From: Planctomycetota bacterium
GTDB taxonomy: Bacteria; Planctomycetota; UBA1135; UBA2386
DNA: 64,000 bases
Reading direction: 5' to 3'
Assembly (NCBI GenBank): GCA_965223545.1
Contig: OZ245006.1
Location: 2,304,001-2,368,000 of the forward strand
The notes under the pieces were generated by a model. It did no database searches, was not told the origin of the DNA, and worked only from the letters and a program-made list of their open reading frames with translations. Numbering within the stretch: the stretch's first letter is position 1; every line of letters starts with the position of its first letter. Made by a program: the position numbers and the translations under genes. This document shows positions 19,115 through 28,112 of this stretch, piece by piece.

Positions 19115-22100
19115 ACGAGGCGCGCGTCGTGGAGCTGTTCGCGGCGGCGCAGGGGCTGAGAGACGCCGAACGGCGTCGATTTTTGCAGCAGGCCTGCTCC
19201 GACACGCGCCTGCGCACCGAGGTCGAAGAGCTGATCGCCGCCTACGAGGACCTCCCCGCCGAGCTGCAGACCGACCGATCGCCCGCGGACCGGCTCTCCG
19301 GCCAGGGAGACCGCCTCGATCCACCCAGTACCGTCGGCCCTTACACCTTGCTACAACGCATCGGCGCCGGCGGCATGGGCGTCGTGTTCCGCGCGCGGCA
19401 GGAGCTTCCCAGTCGCACCGTCGCGCTCAAGGTCGTCCGCCCCACTGGAGCCGGCGGCGATTGGCTGCGCCGCTTCCGCACCGAGGTCGAGACTCTCGGT
19501 CGGCTACGCCACCCGGGCATCGCTCAGGTCCACGACGCGGGGATCGTCGGGGGCAGCCACGGCGACCAGCCTTGGTTCGCCATGCAGCTGGTCGAGGGCG
19601 TGCCGATCACCGAGTACGCCGAGCGCCATGGCCTCGACTGTCGTGCGCGGTGCGCCATGCTGGCGCGGGTCTGCGACGCCGTGCAGCACGCGCACGAGAG
19701 GGGTGTCGTCCACCGAGACCTGAAGCCCGCCAACATCCTCGTCGACGCTGACCCTGGCGAGCCACCGCAGCCGGTCGTTCTAGACTTCGGCATCGCGCGC
19801 CTGCTCGACCAAAGCGATGCGACCGCGCAGGATCTGACCGAGCAGCCGATCGGCACGCCGCCCTACATGAGCCCGGAGCAGCTCGGCGGTGACTGCGCCG
19901 TGGACGCTCGCTCCGATCTCTACTCGCTGGGGGTCCTGTTCTTCGAGCTGATCGCCGGTTGGCGGCCGCACGAGATGGACGGCCAGGGCTATCACGCGTT
20001 CGCGCGGCGCGTGGCACAGTGCGAGCCGCCTCGACTCGGCACGCACGACGCGCGGCTGCGCGGCGACCTGGAAGCCATTGCGGGGATGGCGCTGGCCAAA
20101 GACCGAGACCGCCGCTACGCCTCGGCACGGGCGATGGCGGATGACCTGCGGCGCTGGCTCCGGCACCTGCCGGTGAAGGCGCGCCGGCCGAGCGTTTGGT
20201 ATCGCGCCCGCCGCTTCGCTCGACGCAACCGCGCGCTGGTGGGTGGCGCCGCCGCGACTCTGGTCGCGATCACCGTCGGCGTCGTGGCGACTGCCTTGTT
20301 TGCGCTGCGCGCCGTGCAAAACGAGCGCGCCGCCGCGCAACGCGAGTACGCGGTGCGCATGTCGCAAGCGCTGGCGATGATGAGCCGCGATCCGGTGGGT
20401 GCCGAAGAGCTGCTGGACGGCGCCGCTCCGGGCCTCCGCGGCTTCGAGTGGCACTACGCGCGGGCGCGCGTCGACAGCAAGCGGCACGCCTTGGTGGACG
20501 CGTTCTCCACTGCCGAGGCCGCCTGGCACGAGCAGTGCGCGGTGGCGTTTCCCGCCGACGGGCCGCTGTACGCGCGCACCGACTCGGAAGGGCTCCGGCT
20601 GATCGACGTGCGCACCGGCACCGTGCGCAAGATCCTGCGGGCAGGAGGCGCCCTCGAACATCCCGCCCTCAGCGAAGACGGCACCCGCGTGGCCGCGCGC
20701 CTGCGGAACGGATCCCAACGCAGCCTGCTGGTCTGGGACGCCGCCTCCGGCCGAGAGCTGTTGGCGCTGGGCCTGCCCGCCGAACACCTCGGTCCGTTCT
20801 CGCTGCGCGGCGACGGGCGCATCGCCGCGTTCGCGCGCTGGCGCGACGGCGGCGCGATCGTCGACGTCGACCGCGGCACCGTCATCGAGCTGCCACCGGC
20901 GCCCGAGGTCGTGCACGGACCGCTGCCGGCACCCAGCTTCGTCGCCGACGGACATCGAACGCGCATCGGCGCGCGCGTCTACGACACCCACTCAGGGCAG
21001 TTGGTGGCGGAAGACGCCACCGACGCGGCGGTGTGGCAGATGACGCGCACGCGGAAGGGGACACTGGCGACCGCACAATGGCGGCGACGGACGATCGAGC
21101 TCGCCGAGGCGTCGGCCGCGACCCCGAAGCGTTCTTTGACAGGACTGCGCAGCCACGCGCACGAGATGGTGTTCTCGGCCGATGGACGCCGACTGGCCGC
21201 TGCCGACTACGCCGGAGCCGTGCTGGTGTGGGACGTCGAACTCGGAGCGGTGCTGCGCGGGTTTCCCGACGCCGCCAAGTGGTTGGCGTTCGACGAGAGC
21301 GGGACCCGCTTGGCCGCATGCACCAGCACCGGCCCGGTGGAGTGGGACCTGACCGACCGCGGCGCGCGGGTGCTCGCGGCACACCGAGCCTACGGCCTCC
21401 TGGTGGCGTACTCGCCCGACGGCGCGCTCCTGGCCTCGATGGACACCGACCGGCGCGTCGTGCTGTGGGATCCGCTGACCGGCACGCCGCTGGCCACCAT
21501 CCAGTCGGCCAACCGCGGCCAAGCGCTCCGCTTCTCGGAGGACGGCCGGCGGCTGATCCTGGCGGGACCTCCCGACCAGGGCTGGGACGTCGCCACTGGC
21601 GCCCCGGCGCCGGTCGACGCACCCTTCGCCGCCCCCGGTCGACCCACGGCCGCGGCGCGCGAGGTCGGTGCGTGGGATGCGGCCAGCGACGACGGCGCTC
21701 TCCACGCGGTTGCGAGCAGCACCCACCTCTTCGTGCGCAACGCCGACGGCGATCCCCTGATCACGCTGGAGCTCCCGCCGGCGAACGGCGGCGGCCCCGG
21801 CCGCGCCGCCAGGCTGCGCGCCGCATTGGCGGAGCTCCACATCCTCTACGCCCCGAGCCTCGCCATCGACCCCCACCACCGCTGGGTCGCCGCCGGCCGC
21901 AAGGACGGGTCGCTGAACGTCGTCGATGCGAGCAGCGGCGAGGTGCGCACCGTGCACCGGCACTTCGGACCGGTCTACGGCGTCGCGTTCAGTCCCTGTG
22001 GGCGCCGGATCGCCACCGCAGGCAACGACGGCGCGGTTCGCCTGTGGGACACCGAGTCGCTCGAGCACGTCGCGGAGCTGCGCGGCCACGACACCTACGT

Positions 22101-22398
22101 GCGCGCCGTCGCATTTCGCCCCGACGGCCAACAGCTGGCGACCACGTCCGGCGACCTGACGGTGCGGCTGTGGGACGCCGCGCCGGATGGAGTCGTGCGC
22201 GCGGCGGCGCGCGCGCGGGCCGCCGCGCGAGAGCGGGCGCGGGTCGCGATCCGCACGGAGCTGCGGGGAGGTCGGGCACCGGCGGAATTGGCGCGGAGGG
22301 TGCGCGCGGATCCCGAGCTCTCGGAGGAGCAGCGGGTCGTGGCCCTGCAGGCGTTGCTGCTCGAGAGCCAAGCCGCGCGGTGGACCCGGGCGCGCTGA
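19111..22398 (+). CDS. Ser/Thr protein kinase with TM segment and WD40 repeats
   Basis: GAGGMGVVF, VALK, HRDLKPAN, DFG, GTPPYMSPE; WD40 repeats (GHDTYVRAVAFRPDGQQLATTSGDLTVRLWD). TTG start overlaps the ECF stop. Confidence 0.93.
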   Translation: MNEARVVELFAAAQGLRDAERRRFLQQACSDTRLRTEVEELIAAYEDLPAELQTDRSPADRLSGQGDRLDPPSTVGPYTLLQRIGAGGMGVVFRARQELPSRTVALKVVRPTGAGGDWLRRFRTEVETLGRLRHPGIAQVHDAGIVGGSHGDQPWFAMQLVEGVPITEYAERHGLDCRARCAMLARVCDAVQHAHERGVVHRDLKPANILVDADPGEPPQPVVLDFGIARLLDQSDATAQDLTEQPIGTPPYMSPEQLGGDCAVDARSDLYSLGVLFFELIAGWRPHEMDGQGYHAFARRVAQCEPPRLGTHDARLRGDLEAIAGMALAKDRDRRYASARAMADDLRRWLRHLPVKARRPSVWYRARRFARRNRALVGGAAATLVAITVGVVATALFALRAVQNERAAAQREYAVRMSQALAMMSRDPVGAEELLDGAAPGLRGFEWHYARARVDSKRHALVDAFSTAEAAWHEQCAVAFPADGPLYARTDSEGLRLIDVRTGTVRKILRAGGALEHPALSEDGTRVAARLRNGSQRSLLVWDAASGRELLALGLPAEHLGPFSLRGDGRIAAFARWRDGGAIVDVDRGTVIELPPAPEVVHGPLPAPSFVADGHRTRIGARVYDTHSGQLVAEDATDAAVWQMTRTRKGTLATAQWRRRTIELAEASAATPKRSLTGLRSHAHEMVFSADGRRLAAADYAGAVLVWDVELGAVLRGFPDAAKWLAFDESGTRLAACTSTGPVEWDLTDRGARVLAAHRAYGLLVAYSPDGALLASMDTDRRVVLWDPLTGTPLATIQSANRGQALRFSEDGRRLILAGPPDQGWDVATGAPAPVDAPFAAPGRPTAAAREVGAWDAASDDGALHAVASSTHLFVRNADGDPLITLELPPANGGGPGRAARLRAALAELHILYAPSLAIDPHHRWVAAGRKDGSLNVVDASSGEVRTVHRHFGPVYGVAFSPCGRRIATAGNDGAVRLWDTESLEHVAELRGHDTYVRAVAFRPDGQQLATTSGDLTVRLWDAAPDGVVRAAARARAAARERARVAIRTELRGGRAPAELARRVRADPELSEEQRVVALQALLLESQAARWTRAR

Positions 22399-22410
22399 GG
22401 CTTCCTATCG

Positions 22411-22426
22411 TGGCGGTGGCGCTGCA
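22411..22426 (+). promoter_or_regulatory. Possible sigma-54 -24/-12 promoter
   Basis: TGGCGGTGGCGCTGCA has GG and GC at the canonical 12-nt spacing, 28 nt before the tRNA-like element; a weak match in GC-rich DNA. Confidence 0.25.
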
Positions 22427-22453
22427 CAGTGGCTAACGTCCACGTTCACGTTC

Positions 22454-22528
22454 TCCGGGGTAGATCAGAGGTGAGATCGCTCGGCTCGGACCGAGAGGGC
22501 GCTGGTTCGAATCCAGCCCCCGGACCCA
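22454..22528 (+). ncRNA. tRNA-like RNA with a 6-nt anticodon loop
   Basis: Cloverleaf TCCGGGG-TA-GATC-AGAGGTGA-GATC-G-CTCGG-CTCGGA-CCGAG-AGGGC-GCTGG-TTCGAAT-CCAGC-CCCCGGA-C-CCA; all four stems are fully Watson-Crick paired. Confidence 0.8.
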
Positions 22529-22544
22529 TTTCGACCCAACGACG

Positions 22545-24866
22545 GTGACCATGCCCGGCGACGACAGGACGACCCCATCGGGCGCCAATCCTGGCTACGC
22601 CGCATACCAGCTCACCAAGGCGCTGGACACTCGCGACACCCACGCCGATCCGGAGACCCGCCGTCGCGCGGCAGCGAGGGTGACTCGGTGGGAGACGGTG
22701 TTGCGCGACCTTCTCACCGGCGCTGTCGACCACGGAAGCCGCGCCCCGCTCGAGAACGTCCCCGAGTGGGTCACCCTCGAGGTGATGACCGGCGGCTTCG
22801 CCACCGGCAATCTGGTCGCCGGGGGGCCGCTGCAACCGCACGAGCTCGCCCTCCTCGAGGAGCTCTCGAAGCCACCGAAAGGCCGCGAACGCGCCGCGTT
22901 GAACGCGCACTTCGTGAGCGAGCCCGGGCTCGCCGAGTTGGGCGAGCGTTTGCGCGCGGGAACGTACGACGTCACGGTCCCTGAGGAAGGCGCCCTGTTG
23001 ACCGTCGCGTGGCTGGTGCGGCACGGTCACGTCACGCAGGCCCACGCGCTCTTGGATCAGCTGCTGCCCTTATTCGACCGCGTGCGATTCTACCCCGTGC
23101 CGCGTTCGGGGCCTCCGCCCCGCGGACCGCACGTCCACCTGCAGACCGTCGGCGACACCGTCGCCGACCTCGATCAGATCCAGCCCAATCGCAAGGTGCT
23201 GGCGCAGAAGGAGGCGGTCGAGATCTGGGCTCCGTTCCATGACCGCGTGGTCTCGATGTTCTGCGAGACGGTCGTCGACGACTGGCCGTGCCGGCACTAT
23301 CCGCCGGACTGGAAGGAGCGTGCGCGCGCCCTGATCGACGAGTACTCGACGCTGCGCGCGCAGCACGTGCTCTGCAGCAAGCCGGATCGAAGAGGAGGAC
23401 ACCAGCTGCAGCTCCGCACGCTCCTGCAGCAATGCGCAGAAGACCCCGCCGCCCTCGACGGGCGCGCCGCGGGCATGGTCCGCCGGATCCTGCGCTGTTT
23501 CTCGCGCAAGCGGGGAGCTCCGGGGTCCGCCGCGTGCGCGCAGGCGCGCGCGCGGCAAGCCGAGGATGTCCGCGCCCCTGTCTTTGCCGCCATCGCCCAG
23601 CTCGTCGTCGCACGCCTCAACCGGCATCCCGGCGACGCAGCCCTGGCGGACGTGTAGGTGTTGACCGCGGCGGTGAGCGAGGTCGAAGCGCGGAGCGACG
23701 TCCCTGCGGGCACTCCGATCCCGCCGTGCATCGGCCGCAAGGCGGAACGCTGCTTGTCGGACACGCCGGTCGCCTTGATCCGAAAGGGCCTGATCACGTC
23801 GGGAGACACGCTGGCCCGGATCCTGCCACAGCTCAGTGCGGCAGTCAGCGGTGCCGCCATCGACGATCCAGAGCTGCGACCGCTGTACGCGGCGGTCTAC
23901 CGCGCCTTCCGCAGACGCCGATCACTCCTGCTGCTGAATCTGCAAGAGCAAGTCCAACTCGAAGAGCTGCCCTGGATCGCCGTGACCGCGCAGTTTCGCA
24001 CCCGCAGCCGCACCGGACGCGATCTGGCGCGGGAGACGCTCGGTGAGGCCGCGTTGCTGACCCTGACGTCGTTCCCCCACGCGCTCGTGCCCAACAAGCT
24101 CTTGCAGGAGTTTCGCGCGCTGAGCCGTGCCGCCGGCATCGACCTGGCTCTGGTCGACGAGCTTGCGGCCGACATCTTCGCGGGCACTTTCACCGGCAAG
24201 TTCACCGCTGCTCTCGAACGGGCCGCCCAACTGCTCGATGGATCGATCTACGCCACCTACTACGAGATCGACTACCCAGCGGCCGTGGCCGCCGTCGCCA
24301 GAGACCGTTCCCCCCGGCGCAGCCTCTTTCGCCGCCCGACCGACCGGCCCCCCAACGATGCCCTCGCCCGCCTGTGCGCAGCGCGCGCCGGGGTCGAACT
24401 CGACCGTTGGGCGCCGGCGATCAACGGCATGGTCATCGAGCAGCAGCAGATCCTCACCACGCAGAATCTCGCGGTTCTCGTCTCGGGGCTCGACCTGCAA
24501 GAACCGCTACGGCCGCACCTCGACGGCATGGCCAAGGGCTGCTTCACCTGGATCTGCAAGCGCCTCCAGGTCAAGCCGACCGATTGGCACGATCGGCTGA
24601 TCGCGACCAAGAACGCCGCCTACGCATGGCGTCAGATGCTGTTCTATCTCGCGCTGCAACCATCGGGCGCGACGGATGAGTTCCTGCACTGGGCAGACGG
24701 GGTCCTCGGCCAACAGCGACCGGAGTTCGGCGCGCGCTTCCGCCCCGCGTTGGATGGGCTGGTGCTCGTCGCCGGTGGCCAGCTCGACGACTCTCGGCGC
24801 AACCGAGTGCCGGGATTCCTGGGATGGTGCGACGGCACGCATTGGCTGTTGGAAGAGTCGGGCTAG
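22545..24866 (+). pseudogene. ~773-codon hypothetical protein gene interrupted by one in-frame TAG (23655-23657): nonsense allele, sequencing error or readthrough
   Basis: ORFs 22545-23657 and 23658-24866 are contiguous in one frame (GAC GTG TAG GTG TTG); no clear SD before the second; protein-like composition throughout. Confidence 0.7.
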
Positions 24867-24993
24867 GCTCGGGTTTTTTGGCGGAAAGGTGTCCAAACCG
24901 GGCACCGCGACGCGTCGCCTGGTGTCGGCCGATTCGACCGGCGAAACCAGAACCACTGACGAAACAGACCCGAAGCCTCGGAAAGGACACGCC

Positions 24994-25329
24994 GTGCCCA
25001 ACTACCTCTGCATCCAGCGAAGCCAACCCGGCGGACCATGCGACCAGCCGTCTCCCGCCCAGATGGAGGAGCTGTACGCTGCGTTCCTCGCCTGGAAGGA
25101 CAAGTTCCAAAAGAACATCGTCGACATGGGTGGCAAGCTCGGCGGCGGAAGCGTGGTCACTGCGGACCGCGCGACGGACGGCCCGTTCGTGGAGGCCAAA
25201 GAGATCGTCGGCGGATTCATGATCGTCGCCGCGGACAGCCTGGAGGAGGCGATCGCAGTCGCTCGTGAGAGCCCCGGAGTCGCCATGCCGGGGTCGTCGG
25301 TAGAGGTGCGGGAGATCCACACTCCTTGA
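24994..25329 (+). CDS. YciI/DGPF-family protein
   Basis: TDGPFVEAKEIVGGFMIVAADSLEEAIAVA...VEVREI; GTG start at 24994. Confidence 0.9.
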   Translation: MPNYLCIQRSQPGGPCDQPSPAQMEELYAAFLAWKDKFQKNIVDMGGKLGGGSVVTADRATDGPFVEAKEIVGGFMIVAADSLEEAIAVARESPGVAMPGSSVEVREIHTP

Positions 25330-26585
25330 CCGCGCCCTCGCTTCCCGAGCACTTCTTCCGGCACGAGTACGGGAAGCTCGTCGCCACGTTGGTGCGCCGC
25401 GCCGGCGCGCAGCACTTCGAGCTGATCGAGGACGCCACGCAGTCGGCCTTGCTGATGGCCGTCGACTCCTGGCCGCGGACGGGGTTGCCGGAGAACCCAT
25501 CGGCTTGGCTCTTTCGAGTTGCGCACAACGATCTCATCGGACAGCTGCGCAAACGCGCGCGCGAGCGCCGCCTTCTCGAGCAGAGCCCGCGGAGGGACGT
25601 CCAGTCCGACGACCCATCCGAGCTTGGCGATGAGGAAATGCAGGACGACCTGCTGCGGATGTTGTTCGCCTGCTGCGACGACACGATCGCGGTCGAATCC
25701 CAGCTCGTGCTGGCCCTCAAGACCCTCTGCGGTTTCAACATCCGAGAGATCGCGCTGCGCCTGTTCATTACCGAGGCGAACGCCTACAAGCGCTTCGATC
25801 GGGCCCGGCGCCGCCTGCGCGAGCGTCCCCCTCCCGGGGGCAAGCTGCAAGACGAGCGTTGCGCATCGCGACTCCCCGCGGTGCACAAGGTCCTCTACGT
25901 CCTGTTCACCGAAGGACACCTCTCCGTCCGGTTGGGAGAGTCCTTGCGGACCGAGCTCTGCGCCGACGCGATCCGGCTGGCGGAGATCCTGGCAGAGCAC
26001 CCGGCCGGCCAAGTTCCCGAGACGTTCGCGCTGTTGGCTCTGATGCACTTCCACGCGGCGCGCATGACCGCTCGCCAAGACGCATCCGGCGGACTGCTCC
26101 TCCTCGAAGAGCAAGACCGCGAGCTCTGGGACCGCGCGCGGATGCACACTGGGCTCGAGTGGCTGGCCAAGTCGGCACAGGGCAGCGCGTTCTCCCGATA
26201 CCACGCCGAGGCCGGCATTGCGGCGGAGCACTGCCTCGCCCCTTCGTTCGACGAGACGCGCTGGGACAGGGTCGTGGAGTGCTACCGCTTGCTGGAGAAG
26301 ACCGCCCCGTCCCCGATCCACAGGCTCAACTGCGCCGTGGCGGTCGCCGAGTGGAAGGGGCCGGCCGCGGGTCTCGCGACGCTCGAGGGGTTCGTGCCTC
26401 CGACTTGGTTGGCCAGTTCATACCTCTGGGCCGCGGTGATGGCGGACTTGCATCGACGGTGCGGAGACGCGGAGAGGGCGCGCGACTATCGCGAGGCAGC
26501 TCTGGACGCTGCCCCCACGCAGGCGGTGAGGCAACTGTTGGAACGACGACTCGCGTACGTCGCCGCCGACGGCGAGCGAGGCTGA
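25326..26585 (+). CDS. ECF42-type sigma factor with C-terminal TPR-like extension (DUF6596)
   Basis: FFRHEYGKLVATL...DDLLRMLFACC...VLYVLFTEG...LLLLEEQDRELWD; overlaps the YciI gene stop. Confidence 0.88.
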   Translation: MTAPSLPEHFFRHEYGKLVATLVRRAGAQHFELIEDATQSALLMAVDSWPRTGLPENPSAWLFRVAHNDLIGQLRKRARERRLLEQSPRRDVQSDDPSELGDEEMQDDLLRMLFACCDDTIAVESQLVLALKTLCGFNIREIALRLFITEANAYKRFDRARRRLRERPPPGGKLQDERCASRLPAVHKVLYVLFTEGHLSVRLGESLRTELCADAIRLAEILAEHPAGQVPETFALLALMHFHAARMTARQDASGGLLLLEEQDRELWDRARMHTGLEWLAKSAQGSAFSRYHAEAGIAAEHCLAPSFDETRWDRVVECYRLLEKTAPSPIHRLNCAVAVAEWKGPAAGLATLEGFVPPTWLASSYLWAAVMADLHRRCGDAERARDYREAALDAAPTQAVRQLLERRLAYVAADGERG

Positions 26586-26624
26586 GATTCGGCCGCGACC
26601 ACATCGCCCCCAAACGCGGCCTCA

Positions 26625-27266
26625 TCAGCGGCCCTTGGCGTAGTGCCGCGCCGCCTTGGCACGGTTGCCGCACGCGCTCATGTCGCACCAGCGGCGCCGC
26701 TTGCTTCGACTCTGGTCCAAGAACAGCCAACCGCAATCGACCCCGTGGCACTCGCGAACAAGAGGTGCGCGCACATCGTCGAGGAGAAGCGCGGCGGCCG
26801 ACTCCGCGATCGGCCACAAGACAAGGTCCAGTTCCTCGGGACCAGGGGTCCAAGTTCGCACGAAGCGACCAGTTCGAAACGTGATTTTCGACGCTTGCGC
26901 GGCATGACGACGGGCTGCATCGATGACGTGCAAGTCGCGAGACTGTGGGGCGCTGCCGCGCGCCAGCGCGGACGCGACAGCGTAGATGGACTCTCTCAGC
27001 TCCACGGCGAACTCGAACGCCGCTCCGGCCGCGCGGGAACGATCGGAGGCCACGCCCCGGAGCCTGCCGATCTCCTGCGAGGGCAGCAACGCAACCCGGC
27101 GGGCGAAGACCAAGACGTCCTCATAGTCATGCAGGTACTCTTGGGGGTTCGGCCCCCTGCGCAACTCGCGAGTATTCGCGAAGTCCAGGCACGACACGCC
27201 GGCGCTGAACGTGAGGTGCTTGGAGCGAATGGTCGCGCCGTAGGGGTAGCTTCGCGGACGGGCCAT
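26625..27266 (-). CDS. ABATE/CGNR zinc-finger protein
   Basis: CLDFANT N-terminus; RECHGVDCGWLFLDQSRSKRRRWCDMSACGNRAK. Confidence 0.92.
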   Translation of the reverse strand: MARPRSYPYGATIRSKHLTFSAGVSCLDFANTRELRRGPNPQEYLHDYEDVLVFARRVALLPSQEIGRLRGVASDRSRAAGAAFEFAVELRESIYAVASALARGSAPQSRDLHVIDAARRHAAQASKITFRTGRFVRTWTPGPEELDLVLWPIAESAAALLLDDVRAPLVRECHGVDCGWLFLDQSRSKRRRWCDMSACGNRAKAARHYAKGR

Positions 27267-27273
27267 GACTTGA

Positions 27274-27726
27274 TCACGAGCCGGGCGCCGGGAAGGGCCT
27301 CTTGAACGTGAAGGCCTCGGCGGTCGGACCCATCGACCGGAGCCGGTCGAGCTTCTCTTTCGCCTCGTCGACGGTCGGCTCATGCCCAACGGAAATCCAC
27401 CACAGGACGAACGGTGGCTCCAGCGGCGTGAACCACTGCATCCGGTCGCGGAAGGGCCCGGAGTGCGCACCGCGGTAGACGTAGAACCGAAGATCGTCGA
27501 TCGACGTCCACACCGACATGTTGAACAGGACGAGCTCGTCCTCGAACGCGCGCACCGCCGTCGAGTCGCCGGCCTCGGTCTGCAGCCGCCACACAAACCC
27601 CGGGCTGTGCTCGGCGGCGGCGTTGATGGCCGCGAGCTGCTTGCGAAACCCGTCCATGACCGGCGCCTCCAGAGGGGCGCGCATGCGGGCAACGTTGGCC
27701 TGAGCCAGGTGGTAGTGGTCGCTCAT
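27274..27726 (-). CDS. DUF3291-family protein
   Basis: HLAQANVARM...SPGFVWRL...NMSVWTS...VLWW...GPTAEAFTFK. Confidence 0.9.
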   Translation of the reverse strand: MSDHYHLAQANVARMRAPLEAPVMDGFRKQLAAINAAAEHSPGFVWRLQTEAGDSTAVRAFEDELVLFNMSVWTSIDDLRFYVYRGAHSGPFRDRMQWFTPLEPPFVLWWISVGHEPTVDEAKEKLDRLRSMGPTAEAFTFKRPFPAPGS

Positions 27727-28112
27727 GCTTGGACTATTCTAACCTCCTATCGACTTTTTCCGGTTATATCTTCATGCTGCCCCTCGCGAGTCCCCCGACG
27801 CCTCCCAGCTCGGTCGCCGCTAGACTGACGCAGTACCCGGCCCCAGTGCGCCGCACATCCCTTGCGCCGTCACGGATCATCCCGGTCACGGACTCCACGA
27901 ACTTGCCAAAGTGCTTGAGCAGCGGCGACGACTCGGCGATGCGGTTCGGCTCGTTCCTGCGCGTGTTGGCCGCGAAGCACGAAATGGCATTCTTCATCCG
28001 GCTGCACAACCTCCGAAGCTTGCTCGTCGGACCAACACGAGAACCGGTGCAAACCGGCGCTCTTGCCGACAAATCCTCAGAACTCTGGTGCGTGTGGCGA
28101 CACGAAGTGTGC

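Noticed and set aside
22454..22528. tRNA-like element as a third att copy of tRNA-Pro
   Set aside because: It is on the opposite strand, and only the T-arm resembles tRNA-Pro; acceptor and anticodon stems differ.
22454..23657. tRNA-like RNA as an amber suppressor or tRNA-Pyl for the downstream TAG
   Set aside because: The loop is CUCGGA with no CUA anticodon, and there are no pyl genes in the window.
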